Notes under the pieces: model-generated
Seen by the model: only the letters and a program-made list of their open reading frames with translations
Database searches by the model: none
What the model was told of the DNA's origin: nothing
In this document: piece by piece, positions 41,252 to 55,750 of the stretch
Layout of the letters: each line of letters begins with the position of its first letter
How positions within the stretch are numbered: the stretch's first letter is position 1
DNA from: Octopus vulgaris
Lineage: Eukaryota
NCBI GenBank assembly: GCA_951406725.2
Contig: OX597816.1
Coordinates: forward strand, 79,856,001 to 79,920,000
Direction of reading: 5' to 3'
DNA: 64,000 bases
Program-made: the position numbers and the translations under genes

Positions 41252-43959
41252 CACCCGCACGCGTGTGTATGCATATGTAGTTATCAAGCAGTTTCTCGGG
41301 CTTTCAATGATGTATCTGAAGTATGATACACAAACTGATATTTTGCACTAATACTGCTTTTGTCACTTGTAATGAGAATATATATAACACCCAACTGAAT
41401 TTAGTTGCCATACTCCTTTGCAAAATGTAAAAATTCAATGCTTTTTCTTTTGAGCTTAAATTCGTATTTATTATTTACATCCTAATTCCAACCATGTGGA
41501 TCTCTTGAAATGAAATCTAAATCTGAAAACTTGGTCTTTAAAAAAGAAATGTTTTGTTTAAAGCATCCAAGAATTTTCAAAGATTAATTTTAACTATGTA
41601 TAAGCTGAATGAAAAAGGAAACATGGAAGCAATGCTTGAAGCATAATTTAAAAATACACAGAGATATTTACCACAAATTGTATGTTTAAACTGCCTTTGT
41701 ATCATTAGTTTCATTCACGTAGGTACAAGATCGCAGACAATTTAAAAGAGAAACCGGATGAGGCCGTATTTACGATTTACTAAAAGGTTTTAACTACAAA
41801 ATGAAGTGAAATAATATCAATGTATAAACCATTTCTTCTATATCAACAAAGGTTTGAGATAACCTGACCTACATGTTTTTTCTTCGTCATCCCCCAAAAG
41901 ATCAAAGCTCTTTTGCCTTCCTTTGATACCCGTTTGATCTTCGCGATAAGGAGAAAAATGAAAGAAGAAAAACTAAAACCCTTATTGCTGATTTGATTTT
42001 GCACATATACAAGAAGAGTAGACAAATGACATTATCTAATCCCTAAAAATCCATTATCTCTCACTGTTGTTGTTTTCCAGTGGTCTGTTGTCATTTTACT
42101 TAAGTTAGTTTTTTGTAACAAAGAGAATTTAACAGCCGATAATTTTTTTTTCTACCCCACATTCTGTTCAGTCCCGCACAACACAAACATAGCATTTATA
42201 TTCCGCCGATATAAAACTGAGTAGGAAAACAAATGACCAAAAACTTTTTCTAAATATATAAACACTGAAATAATATTTTTTGTTTTGATGAAATATATCT
42301 TCATGTACAGATTACATTGAAGTGTATTAATTACCCTTGCAGATTACAAATGCAAAGATATAATCGTTTTGGGTTTTAGCCGCCTCACGAAATAAACTTG
42401 ACAAATGACTATCTACATTTATATGTATTAATATTGTTGCGAGTGTCGTGGAGCGAGTTTACTCATGTCCTGATAAACCGACAATACGTACAGATTTTAG
42501 TTTTTCAGTTGAAGCCATTTTATTTCCATTACGTTACTAATGCCACAAAGAAAAGGCATGACGATCACAACCTTTCATTCCACTCATTCAAACTAGAAGA
42601 TATTTCTCTCTAGTAAAAAATAAATAAATAATTAAAGGAAAATGCACTTTTGTAATGTTTTCTGTGACACGTTAATTTGTGTTGCTATTGTTAAAACCCA
42701 AATCAGTTCTGGCGAAACATAACTTAAGATCAAAGGTAGACCAACAATCACCGTTCTTTCCATCCAGACGAAGTCTATGGAACAAAGTGATAGCTAGTTT
42801 CTTTATATTGATTCATCATCCAAAAGAGAAAAGTTCTTTTATATCATGAACCAACTTAATTTTTCTTTCAAACGGTTTTTAAGTCAAATTAGAATTCACG
42901 TACGGTAACAATTATATTTACTTTCATGTAAACGATGTTACAAAAGCTCAAAATAACCATATCAAAATAGAAATACGGCAAAAATGATGGAAAATGAGGA
43001 GAAAAAATATTAGAAATATAAATCAAAAACTATAATAGGGAAAACCTGTGGATTCCAGCAAAAAAGATCAGAATCTAGGATCAATTGAAGATTTGACTCG
43101 ACAAATTTTCACTTGATAAATTTTATGCAAATAAAAATTATTTACATTAGCACGTGTCATAATTTGTTTAATAGCTCTTCAGTTTTACTATTTTGATATA
43201 AGCTGATAGCCCAACAAGTTTCTACAAGAACAAGACAAAAAGTTTGCTGGGAGAATAACTTTTAAGCTACAATTTGATTGTAAGCAGTCTTTGGCTGTTG
43301 AATTGTTATGGGACTTGTGTATGTGGTAAAGCATTTCTACTTTTACAATAGATATTGGTATGATCTTTATTAAGTATACATCATTATTTTGAGTGAATTT
43401 CGTCGGTTAAAGACGCACACACATACGGTGATAGAATGACTCAATGCCAGCGTATTAACAAAGAAATATCTTTCATAACAAAATGCCAACCACCTCTGAT
43501 AATACTCTAATTTTTGTTGGCGCCACCACGACGATTACTGGTGGTTACTTAGATAGATGACTGATATAAGCCAACACTACTATTAGCTGGATAGAAAACT
43601 ACTCTAAGCAACTGGGATTCCTAGCTGCTACAACTACTGTCCCTCCTCCCATCACCAAAATACCTATAAGCTTCCACTTTTATTAACCGGTCACCGCTGC
43701 CAACTACCAACTATCAGAAGGAAACGAAATACAGCATTATGTGATCTTTATAAAAAAAAAACATTTGAACCACCAGATGTGATATTATGAAAGATTAATT
43801 TACCTTATTTCAATTTATTTTCCTTTTTATTCCAGCATAACTAAGTCGTTTACTTAAAGATGGTTAGTTAAAAATATAATTATTGTCTTTCTGCCTTCTA
43901 TTACAATTTTTTCTCTGCATTTGTTTCTTTTTAGTTTTCCAACTGACTTGATACGTTTT

Positions 43960-44383
43960 CACCTATTTGTCTACAGCGAGAAATTTTCTCCATAACAAAA
44001 TACAGTGATGGCTTTCGAACGTGCCTCAAGCACATTTGAACTGGTAACAAATTTATATTTATACATATCAGTGCTTAGTACATCGATTTCGTATTTTATT
44101 ACGGCCAGTCCGCCGATTAGCGCAACTAGTTAAAGTACACCTCCCTATTCCAGTATCTAATGCTGGGAGAAGATTACTCCAAAATGCATGCTTCCACCAG
44201 TCTGGTTAGGGAACGCTTAAGACTGATTTATTGTGTTCACACCTATTTGTCTACAGCGAGAAAGTTCCTCCATAACAAAGTATAGTGAACGGCTTTCTTA
44301 GGGGTTCGAATATGTCTCAAGCATATTTGGACTAGCGACAAGTTTATATTTATACACATCACTACTTAGAGCTTCAATTTCGT
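43960..44383. repeat. Diverged direct repeat of about 135 bp, offset 280 bp
   Basis: cacctatttgtctacagcgagaaa...ccataacaaa...tttatatttatac at 43960 and 44240. Confidence 0.8.
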
Positions 44384-45299
44384 GTATATATAAATGTGTG
44401 TGTGTGTGTGTGTGTGACGTATCTATATGCGACAGTGCATGTAAGTGTGTGACTTTCAAAGGTCGGTTACACAAACACATCTTATTGCTCTCGATGTCGG
44501 AAATGCAGTAGATCACTGGCTGACATGTAGGAAATCTATAATGAATGGAGCTATTGTTCGCATATATATATTTTTTTTTTTTTAAATGCTTTCCGAAGCT
44601 TTAATGTTTTTGATACAGAAGTATAGTATTCCATAGGTTTGAAGAACAAGACGAATTTGAAGAGAGGATTCGAACTAAGAACAAAAAATAGCAAAAACTA
44701 AATACGACCAAGTATTTATTCGGCAGCCCAAAGATTCGTGCCAATATTCTGTTGTTAATTAAAAGCAAAAGCAGAAATAAAGGTGCAAACAAGAAATAAA
44801 GAGAACAGAGAATGAGTAGCAGCTGGCGTCTCTGAAATAAAATCAAAAGATTTAGTATTTATCTATCGTCAAAGGTACGACTCGTATGAGAGATTATCGA
44901 AAAAATGTGAAATGTGCTGTGATTTAGGAGTTAGATATCTGATCGGCAAACAAGCATTCGTATTTAAGTCAATTGAAGAAAAATATAAATAATTCAAAGA
45001 TTTAAAATTTTCTGATATCCTTTACATATTGTCTGGTAGCTGTTTGAAGGCGTCGCTTGTGTACTGTCTATGACAATAATATGAATTCTCTCTCTCTTTC
45101 TCTTTCATTCTCAATCTCATACTTTTTATGTTTGTAAATATTTATGCGCATACATTCACACACATATATTAACGTTTAATACCACTTCATTCAAAGCAAT
45201 GCTAAAATTAACATAAAACTCTAACCAGTTCAATCTGAAAGGATATTACAGTGAAGACCCTAAATGCAACAGTCGCTAACCGATGTAATAGAGACATCC

Positions 45300-45555
45300 A
45301 ATTACGAAACTGTTTTTACTGAGCTGTCAAAGCTTAGACAACTTGTATGTGATATGGTCGCATGCCAAGGTCTTTGGATAGGATTCGGTATACTGTTCTC
45401 TGTGTAATCCCCGTTTCTAGACTACATCGTCTCGTCGATTTAAATGGATTCCGGAGTACGGTCTGCTGCACAACAACAATGTTCAAGGTACTTCTGCCTG
45501 ATTTGGGCCAGCCCACATTTCCTTGATAGTTGTCCTCTACTGATCCATTCGATAT
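45300..45555 (-). pseudogene. Tc1/mariner-superfamily transposase N-terminal (HTH) fragment
   Basis: GWPKSGRSTLNI..VLRNPFKSTRRCSLETGITQRTVYRILSKDLGMRPYHIQVV. Confidence 0.75.
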
Positions 45556-45574
45556 ACATACATACATACATACA

Positions 45575-45606
<32 letters not shown>

Positions 45607-45631
45607 CATATATATATATATATATATATAC

Positions 45632-45675
<44 letters not shown>

Positions 45676-45676
<1 letters not shown>

Positions 45677-45880
45677 GTTAATCCAAACAAGAAAGCACAA
45701 AAAAAAAACACAACAACGCGAGGACGTGGAACAAATATAGTATTATTGGACGCCCAGGAAAGAAGGAAAGAAGGAGGGTTTAAAGTTTCGAGCGGAGCTC
45801 TTCGTCGGAAACATAGGAGAAGGAAAGATCCAGAGAAGGGAAGACAGAGGAAAAAAAAGAAAAAAAGAAGAAAACATATA
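45676..45880 (-). mobile_element. Second copy of the hammerhead-bearing short element (motif 45778-45812)
   Basis: Minus strand: GTTT-CCGACGA-A-GAGC.tcc.GCTC-GAA-ACTT-T-AAAC...cttgtttggattaac(TA)n, as at 3665-3840. Confidence 0.65.
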
Positions 45881-46709
45881 TATTGAATTACAACTAAAAT
45901 TGCTTATGAATGTCTGCCGGAAACTTGAAAATGTACCAGCATTAGCAGAATGTATACCATTCTCACTATTGCATCTGTTAAAAGTTTTGTTTTTGCTATC
46001 TAAGTACAAAGCATAACTACTAAATAATTCCCCATTATTCGTATGATCATAAGCTTGCAAGGAATGACATCAAGTGACATATGGTTATTACTAAAACCAT
46101 AAGTAACGCCATCCTTAAGAGTCGTGCTACCCAGAAAATAAATATAAACAAATTTCTGACGTCAAACTCATTCTTAGTTTCCAACACAATATTGGTGTGC
46201 CATTCAAAACAAAGCTTCTATTATAAGAAAACTTGACAAAACAGACATAGTTCTATGGCGCAGCGAAAGAAAATATATTATGTGTTCTTTCAACTGAAGG
46301 GTGTTAAGTTTGCGATATCGACATCTGTACATTTTATCAAGCTTGTAATTGATTCAACTCATTTTAAAGCGTTATGAATGAACTAACACACACACATATC
46401 AATGCATTTGTGTGCGCGCGCGTATGTGTGCATGTATATGTATGTGTTAGAATATTGCGCCAGTATATTTAGCACCAGTCAATTTCCATTTGCAAAGCAT
46501 TGATCCAGCTCGAAAATACGAGCTGACTAAGAAGGGGTGATACTAGGGCAGTGAAATATTGCATGCATTAATATCAACACTTCTCAGTAATAATTACTTT
46601 GTTTCTTTCCAGGGAAACACACATCAGAGTGTTCAAAAACAATTCAACAGTATCTAGTAGCGAATTCTGGGAACCACTACCGCAGTGATGATAACGTCAT
46701 ACCTTCTGT

Positions 46710-46888
46710 TGACGACTTTTTTTACCAATCGGATGAAAGATTCTTCACCAATGGGACCCAAGCACAGCAACACCGATGGAAGAAGTGTGTGGACCACAAG
46801 AGGGACTATGTTGAAGGATCACCCTCATTTGGTTAAATTTCACGGGAGTACCTTGGTCAGAGTATGAACCTGTCAGCTAACTCTCGTA
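46710..46888 (+). mobile_element. Mariner 3' remnant
   Basis: FFTNGTQAQQHRWKKCVDHKRDYVE, then a TIR-like end ...cagctaactctcgta. Confidence 0.65.
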
Positions 46889-47722
46889 CAGCAGAAAACA
46901 ATTGTCAAGCATCTCAAACTAAATCGTATTTACAATCAGACAGGCTGAAATGTGAACGCTGTTGAAACCTTACTCTCAAAATTTTTAAACACTCTACTTT
47001 TCTTCATAGACACACAAGCACATGCATTCACATCTGCGCTTGCACACACAAATACACACACACGCACATATATACAAGTGTATCTAAATCTATACAAATA
47101 TACACTTCCCTCAAACACAGTCTATATGTTGTATATCTACATGTGTGATTTGTGAATATATGGGTTTATTTGTGTGTCTTGTGTCTAGTTGTGTGTATTT
47201 TTGTACAAATTATTTTCATCTATGATCACACAAGCATTAAGTGATAATTACTGCTTGTCTGTTTCTTGATTTAACTTCTTTAAGTATAATCCAACGTCGC
47301 CTGTTTCGCTTCTGTTAAATCATACAGGATCAACCGGACAAAAATGCACTTTACAATATCTAACATTTTCTCTGAAAATAGATTTGCAAGCATCATATTA
47401 TAGCTGACAAGAACAATTATAAATGATTGTTCGTTTAAATACATGAAGGGAACATGAATTTTTGTCTCCAGACGATTAGTAGGTGCTGATTTCTTATCAG
47501 CTAAAGTTGATCCCTGCTTTAACTTTAAAACACACATGAATTGCTGCTAGACCATTGACAGTTCTGCTGATGGTAATGAAAATTGAGCACGCTTAATGAG
47601 TTAGAGAGACGGGAGTAATTTACTTTCCATGATATCTCGCTGGCAATTGCTGGCTCTCCGGAATAAAGGAACATACGTAATGTAATACATATGTATGCAT
47701 GTCTGTATGCACGTACACACAC

Positions 47723-47761
<39 letters not shown>

Positions 47762-47887
47762 TACACACACTTACATACACACACATATACATACATATAT
47801 ATACATATAAATATGTATGTATATATGTGTATACATTTATACCTCTGTATTTATTTAAGTGTATAGATATATGTGTATGTATGTATG

Positions 47888-47946
<59 letters not shown>

Positions 47947-47947
47947 A

Positions 47948-49215
47948 TTGGGTCATCCCATAAATAATGCGTTTTTTTATACTTTTATTTTTTAAAATTA
48001 AGATAAAGTTCTTTATAATCTAAATACGCCCTCTTTCATTTTCTACAATGCTCTTTTATCTTTCTGGTAGACATGTAAGGCTCTTCTTCCAAAATTCACT
48101 TCTCCGTGACGGAAAATACTTCTCCAGTACTGTTCTGACCTCCTGTACAGAATTCATATTTTTTCTGTCCAAATGATTTTGAAGACTGCAGAATACATGA
48201 TAGTCAGATGGGAAATGGTCTGGTGAACATGGTTGGGGGGAGGGGGTCGTTTCACATTGAAACTGTTCCAGCCTTTGGAATATCATCCTCGCTGCATGTG
48301 GCCGAGCATTGTACTGATGGAAGAACACATTTCATCTTCAAACCAAAAAATGGTCATTTTACTTCTCGCGCTGACTTAAGTCGCTCAAACTGCTCACAGT
48401 AGATCTCCTTTGTTATCGTTTGGTTTGGATTTGAAAGTTCAAAGTGGACTAAACCTTTCATATCCCACCAAACAGATAACAACACATTACGTGGGTAGAG
48501 ACCTTATTTAGACTGGGGTGCCGGTGTTTCTCCTTTCCCTACCCAATGTTCTCTGCGCTTGACATTTTTATAAAGAACACATTTCTCGACACCTATCACT
48601 ATTCTATCCAAAATAGTTTTATTCGTAAGATATGACAGCAAAGAAGAGCAGACATTCACTCTCGGAAAGTTTCGGAGGAACTCATTGACATAATTTGCTA
48701 ACTTTTCTGATGGCACGCAAGTATCGCTGAGTGGTTGAATTACCAAACCCAAGCTTCTCTGCTAGTTCCTCAACAGTTACGATGGGATTTCGTTCCAACA
48801 GGATTTGCAGGGCGTCCTCGTCGAGCTCTACAGATCTTCCAGGACGAGGCTCGTCTTCTAGGCTGTAGTTTCCGGCTCAGAATTTCTGGAAGCACGGTAA
48901 GCACTGGCTTACACTTATTGTCCCATCCTCATATTCTGCATCAATATTCCTCGCACTTTCCATTACTTTGTTGCCTTTATTGAACTCATAAAGCAAAATA
49001 TACCGAGTATGTTACTTTGTCATTTCCCTTATAGCTTTGAAAAAATAACTGTTAGAATCGAACTGCACTCTTCAAAACTTGCACTAAGAATAAGGGACAA
49101 GATAAAATTAGTTGCTGCTTTTATAGCAAGTTGATGCAAGTAGTTTATCCCGTCCTCCGCCGACTTTTAGTTCATGCAATTGAAAAAAACCCGCATAATT
49201 TATGGGATGACCCAA
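47948..49215 (-). mobile_element. Full-length decayed mariner transposon (about 1.27 kb)
   Basis: TIRs ttgggtcatcccataaataatgcg / cgcataatttatgggatgacccaa followed by TA. Transposase remnants LDRIVIGVEKCVLY, HQYNARPH and SPDHFPSDYHVF, with frameshifts. Confidence 0.9.
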
Positions 49216-49244
49216 TATATATATATATACATATACATACATAC

Positions 49245-49345
<101 letters not shown>

Positions 49346-50434
49346 TACATACTCACTCCCCCCCACACACTCATATACACACACATATATATACGTGTGT
49401 GTGTGTTTCTATGTGCATGTTTGTGCGCGCGCTCTACATAGTTCTCATATTTGGATTTTGTTTCGCCAATTTCTGAAGTACATTGTGTTTTTTGATACAA
49501 TACGTCCAAAAAGCCTCTAGCTTTGCGACGGTAAACACACGTTAAGTAAATCATATCATATATCATTTCATATCATATCATATATATTATATCACACACA
49601 CATACAAACACGCACACACACACACATTGCGCGCGCGTATGTGTGTGTGAATGTGTGTTTGCGTGTGTATGTGTGTGTGAATGTGTGTGTATGCGTGTGT
49701 GTATATGTGAATCTATGGAATAGGGGTAACGTCATATATCAGCCTACTTATACCTGTATCTTCTATGGTTTCAACACACATTTTCCATCACTCCTACGTG
49801 CAAGTATTCTATCTCAGCAGTGGTCTTTTATTATTCTTTTACTCTGTGTAATTATTTCTTTAACGCTCTTTCGTAATACCTATGCATGTCTTTGCGAATG
49901 GCTGTGTGTGCTCGTACTCGTCTCTATATGAGTGTGCAAGAGGGTATCCGTGAAGCTTAGTGATTAATATTTCCTTGCAATTAATACTGTTGAGTTTATA
50001 TGGGCCTTCAGTGAATGCATTCAATCTTAAAGGTATATGGGTAAAGAAACAATAAGAAGGACAAAGGTGATTGCGATAAAATGAAAGGATTGAAATGCAG
50101 AAAGAGATAAATGCATTAAATATAGACCACAGCCGAGAAATATTTTCTTAAAGAGTTCTCACTAAATGAATGGTGTATTAAACAAATAAATGATGGAGTT
50201 GAAAGTAAAACCCATTTATGCAGTAAAGTGGTGGAAAATTAGTATGTTAGAGGTAGTTAATACAGCAGTCAATGAAAGTGGCTAACACAGTTAATGGCAG
50301 ATTTTTAAAACAAATTTGTGAGGTGTGGACTGGAAGTGTCAAAGACTTTGTTTAACACAAGTATTCAGTTTATAGTAGACGCGGCGTGCAAACACTGGCG
50401 GCAATGTTACGACCTTTCCGTTTGTCACACACAC

Positions 50435-50500
<66 letters not shown>

Positions 50501-50873
50501 TTAAACCACCAGACAAGCACACACAAACATTAAGTTCTACAAGGAAAATGTTAACAGTAGCTTCGAAGTTGGATCAGACACAAGCTTTTCCTTCTAGAAA
50601 TTAAATATACACTCTATGACAAAGTATTTCTCTAGTGCAATGTTTAGATGAATAGAAATATTACATTTCTAAATATCTCAGAGAAATATAAGCAGTGGTG
50701 GTACGATAGAGCAGTTGTATACTGTCAACTTAACGTGACAGTCCTATAAAGGGAATCACACCACCGCTATTTAGCTCTAGGAAGCATCAACGCTTCCTGT
50801 CGGCCTTGCCACATTTCCTGTGTCCTTATGTTTACAAGAGGGAGACAAGCACCCCCATCCAGCTAAGCCTGCA

Positions 50874-50915
50874 TCCAGAGACTAGTTTCTGAGTCTTGCT
50901 CATCATCAGTCTGGA
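50874..50915 (-). ncRNA. Canonical-core minimal type I hammerhead ribozyme
   Basis: Minus strand: TCCAGA-CTGATGA-TGAG.caaga.CTCA-GAA-ACTAGT-C-TCTGGA; GUC cleavage site between 50880 and 50879. Confidence 0.85.
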
Positions 50916-51013
50916 GTAGCATGGCTTGCTAGCTGCAGATGCTTGTCTAGACGTTGTAAACATATATAATAATTCCAGTGAAATAATTATATATAATTTT
51001 GCATAAAAACGCG

Positions 51014-51123
<110 letters not shown>

Positions 51124-52034
51124 AAATGTGTGTGTACCAGTTCTCAACCTGTTTTTTCTTCAAGTATACCGAATTTAGTTCACAGTATTCTTTACATTCG
51201 TTGATCATTGCTGATGCCAGTGAAAAGCAGATAAAAAAAACTTTTGTTAGAGAATTGATGAGCAGAGAACATGATTTAGTTTCGATGACTACTTGATTCT
51301 TTTTTGTAAATGTCTTTGTCGGTCAGTCAGAGAAGGAAGTGTTGCATCCATTGCCCTATTCAGGGTTCCCAAAACAGATAGAAAGAACTTATCTTCGTAT
51401 CGAAGTTCTAACCCTCGCTAAAAGTACTTAAGGATTAGTACCTTTTAGAATTGTGCACCCCTAAAGAAGAGAAACTGTCTTGTCAACTGTCTCCGCATAG
51501 TCTATAAAATGTCGCCCAAGGGGCTATAGCAGTAAACACTAACCCAAAATGCGACGCAGTGGGATCGAACCTAAAATGACGTATTTGCAAAAGAAGCATC
51601 TTGACCACACAGCCACAACTAAAGAAACGAGTTATTGTAAGTGGTATGGTTAATCTTGTAGAAAGGTATCCTCAATTCAGTTTTAGTTTTAAGTTGGAGC
51701 CAATGTACGTGAATGCCGTAACACTCAAATGTATTCTCATTTAATTATGTTCGCTCAGTGACGGTTTATTTGTTGTTGTTGTTGTTTTGAAGTTTGTTGT
51801 TTAGCTCCAAGACAGGTGTGACAGAGTAGACTCATGATCGTAAGCATTTTAATTGTGACCATTTTGTTCAATCTATCCTTCACATTTTAAGAGCGTAATG
51901 GGGAAGCAAGGCGTGATTTGAAAAGGATTTGGTTGTTATTTCTTGTAAATTGATTGGCAGCGTAAGGGCTTCCCCGGTTGCTCCTTGCTTTGTTATTGTT
52001 TTTATCGTTTAACCCAAAGGAGTTATATATAATC

Positions 52035-52355
52035 TTTTATGTTTTTAAGGTGGTGCTCGAGCACCACCTTAAGGGTTTTTTAGTCGAAGAAATCGACATC
52101 AAGACTTATTCTTGTTAAACTTAGTACTTATTCAATGGGTCGCTTATGCCGAACCACTAAGTTATGGGGACGTAAACATACCAACACAGTCACAAAGACA
52201 CACGCATAAATACTTATACGTATGTACGACCATATCCACTCACAAGACTTTGGTCGGCCGACCTTATAGTAGAAGACACCTGCCCAAGGTTTCACCGAGT
52301 GGGACTGAACTCGGAACCATGTGGCTGGGAAGCAAATATCTTACAACATAGCCAA
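52035..52355 (-). mobile_element. SINE family A, diverged
   Basis: gagcaccacctt...gccgaaccactaagttatggggacg...tgcccaagg...gggactgaactcggaaccatgtgg. Confidence 0.75.
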
Positions 52356-52368
52356 ACATGTGTTTGTG

Positions 52369-52418
<50 letters not shown>

Positions 52419-53459
52419 GTGCTCCAGCATGACCGCAGCCGCATGGCTGAAATGAGTAAAAGAGTAAATGTGTGTTTGCGTGTGTATGTGCGCGCGCGTG
52501 TGTGTGTGTGTGTCTGTATGGCCAGAAAGAAAGAGAAGTGAGAAATAATAAGCGACAAAAAGATAGAAAGACAGACTGGTCGATAGCTTCGCAGAATTAA
52601 AGAACGAAAAAAAAAAATTGGAAAAAATACAAAACAAAGTGAAACGAACTAAAAGAAAGTAAAGAGGTATTAATCAAAAGCCTGCGAAGGCAAAGTAATT
52701 ATTTCGCACCGAAAGCTACCAATATTCTGACTGTCCTTTAGGCACGAAGTAAACTAATAACAAAAAGCGGTTGTAAAGCTGAGTGGTTGGTTTTCTTGGC
52801 GGGAAGTCTTTAGTTGGAAGTTACAAATCAAACAGAATCGACGACAGTGTAACAGCATTAAACGTAATATGACGTCCGATGCAGGTTTTGATATTAGAAA
52901 ATATACGATCTCTATATAAAAACGAAAACGCCTGCAATTGCAGTCGTTTTTGAAAGTGCCGAATGCATACGTACATCTTGCGCATGTCTGTTAGTGTATG
53001 TGTGTGTACCCGTGTATGCGTGTGTGAATTGTGTGTCTGTGTGCTGCGTTTGTAAGTGCACAGAGAGGTACGTTGAGTACAAGCGTGAGTGAGTTTAAGC
53101 TTGCATTTACCAAACACCTATCTATCATATATGCCTATACATACACGCAGCTCATATATGCGCACGCACGTGTGTGTGTGTGTGTACGCACACGCGCGTG
53201 AATGTAAGTATTATTGGTCTGTAAGGTTGCATAAGCGATTTGATTCAAGGCCCAAGAGTTCAATAGGTACAATTTGGTAAGCGCAATGGACGAAAATTTT
53301 CGGTTGTTGAATCACTTATGCAGCTAAACAACCAAATGCAATCTGTATAAACTCTTAGGCATGTAGTTCTATTCCTATAATACTGACTTGCCCCTCTCAA
53401 TCTATTTCTTTCTCCACCCCTCATATGTATACATATATATATATATATATATATATTGA

Positions 53460-55333
53460 ATTCTTTGCTAATAAAAGTAGTGAGATTGATGAATCCCTGG
53501 TAAAGAATAATTCAAAATTCACCCCGCCAAAAGGAAATAACTATCTCGATCAATAGATTGATATCCTGTCTAACTTTCCCCTTAGCCACAATGCTAATGT
53601 TTGGGAAAATATTAACAAATCAGAGATATTTGCACTTAAACGAGAACACAATAATCACTGGTGAACAAAATGAAACTTTTTTTAATCATCAGAGTAGCTG
53701 ATTGACTTTTCTGGGTTAATTTTTGATATTGATTACGAATCTGAAGTCCAATTTTTTCTATCAGGTTACATTTTCATATTGATACCTGCTGTTTTAACTT
53801 ATAGGATACGTAAAGCATGTCTATTAGTAGAATGTCAACATTCTACTGTGAAATACCTTCAAATATAGACCACTACAACATGAAGAAGGTCATTAATCTG
53901 ATTTCAAAATACTACAACTCCATTACCAATAATGAAAGAGACTACATCACCAATCCCGAACTAAAACCCTGCAACTTCTATGGTTTACTGAAAATACGCA
54001 AGTCAAAAGAAATTCAGCATGCAGTAAAGGAACAAGAAAGTGAGCACATAAAATAGGAAGACACCTATTATTGCTGGTTCAGCAGTCCCTACCCACCGTC
54101 TAAGCAATTTTATTGACGTTATTTTGAAACCATTATGTATCCACATACCTAGTTTCATCCAGGATGACATCGACTTCCTGTCCCATCTTTCCAAAACAAC
54201 AGAATCGAATTCACTTTTATTTAATTTTGATGTAGTAATCCTTTACACCAATATTAAAAAAAACTGGATGGAAAAAACATAGAGAAGAAATTCCCAGTAG
54301 ATTCATTTATATTAAACGCAGTCAAACCTTTCCTTGAAAATAACACAGTCTTTTTCAATGGAAAGAATTACATCGAAGTTAGAGACACAGCGATGGGAAC
54401 GAGATTTGCTCCCGTCTACGTGAATTCCGTAATGTGATACTTAGAAAAACAAACTTTATCAAAGAATAGAGAAACGCTACGGTACTGAATTGAAGATGCA
54501 TGAAGAGATACCTTGACGACTGCTTCATAATGTGGACATCAACTCTAGATACTCTGGAAGAATTTAATATCCTCCTGAACAATCTGCACCAAATTCTCCA
54601 ATTTACGAAGAAGATGAGTAGTACCAAATAACCATTTCTAGACATAATGGTAATTAAACGTGATACAACTACACCACTGATATCTACTATAGACACACAG
54701 ACACACACCAGTACCTACACTTTAAATGGTACCATCCAACTAATACAAAACGCGATATCCCATACTGCCCAGCCAGAAAAAGATGTGAATACCAGAGAGA
54801 AACACCTAACAGAACGTGCTATAGAAATACTCATACAACAACTTAGGGCAACCCCAAAAAGAGGAAAGCAAGAACAGGTCATACTATTTATTATGGCACA
54901 CAATCCATTTCACCAAAATACTTTTAGCATTGCTAAAACAAACTTGCTGATCATTTCTCAAAGTAATGAATTAAAGGATCGTGCTATGATTCTAATTAAA
55001 AGACAGCCGAAGAACTTGAAACAATTATCATCAAAGTCAAAGTTTGACCTAAGCAACAGTAATGATAATCGATGTGATTGGTACATGTCAGTTCATACAT
55101 ACTGATCAATATATGAACACAAAAACCGGAAGAATATTTCAAATGCAAATATGAACTACAAAAGCAAACATTTAATTTACGGCATCAAATGCTTGAATTG
55201 TGAAGAGATATACGTTGGTCATACTGGGAATGCATTATCAGAACGTTCGCGTGTGCACCGACAGCAAATTGGGGACACAGATGTCCGTCAGATCCCTTTA
55301 AGCAACCATCGGGCAACATGTAGTGAGGTTTAG
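53460..55333 (+). pseudogene. Penelope-like (Neptune-type) RT + GIY-YIG ORF, decayed
   Basis: NFYGLLKIRKSKEI; TAMGTRFAP; RYLDDCFI; LIYGIKCLNCEEIYVGHTGNALSERSRVHRQQI (GIY-YIG). Many stops and frameshifts. Confidence 0.85.
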
Positions 55334-55334
55334 C

Positions 55335-55437
55335 ATACGCAGTGAATGCTTTGCGGCACATGTCACGCTGGTAGGGCTTCTCGTCAGTATGCAACCGCAG
55401 GTGCACAATAAGATTGCTAGATGTTGCGAATCCATGC
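55335..55437 (-). pseudogene. Kruppel-type C2H2 zinc-finger gene fragment
   Basis: HGFATSSNLIVHLRLH-TDEKPY-QRDMCRKAFT (HTGEKPY-like linker; first Cys of the second finger is Arg). Confidence 0.65.
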
Positions 55438-55750
55438 CCAAGTGTCCTAGCAAGAGTTGATTAAGTCCCAGCTTGTATCCCATTAGCAGTACCACTTTCA
55501 GAGCTCGAATCTCCTAATTCACAACTTCATTGCTACAATCTCTGCAGTCTCCATAGCCAACTTGGTTGCCTTTCACCTAGAGGATCCTGCGATGCCAATC
55601 ATACTGCAAGCTATGCAGTAAGACTGAAATGCGAGCCCTGTGCATTCTTCCTCAATAGCTACAACAACTCAGCATATATTTTCCTCTTACTCTCATTTGC
55701 TTCTTCAATGCGGTCCTCAAAAAGAAAACAGATGCTCCTGACAGAATCAA
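55438..55750 (-). pseudogene. HERO/NeSL-type non-LTR element 3' end, decayed
   Basis: FEDRIEEANESKRKIYAEL..MIGIAGSS..KATKLAMETAE..IRR, then a 3'UTR-like gggatacaagctgggacttaatcaactc. Confidence 0.55.
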
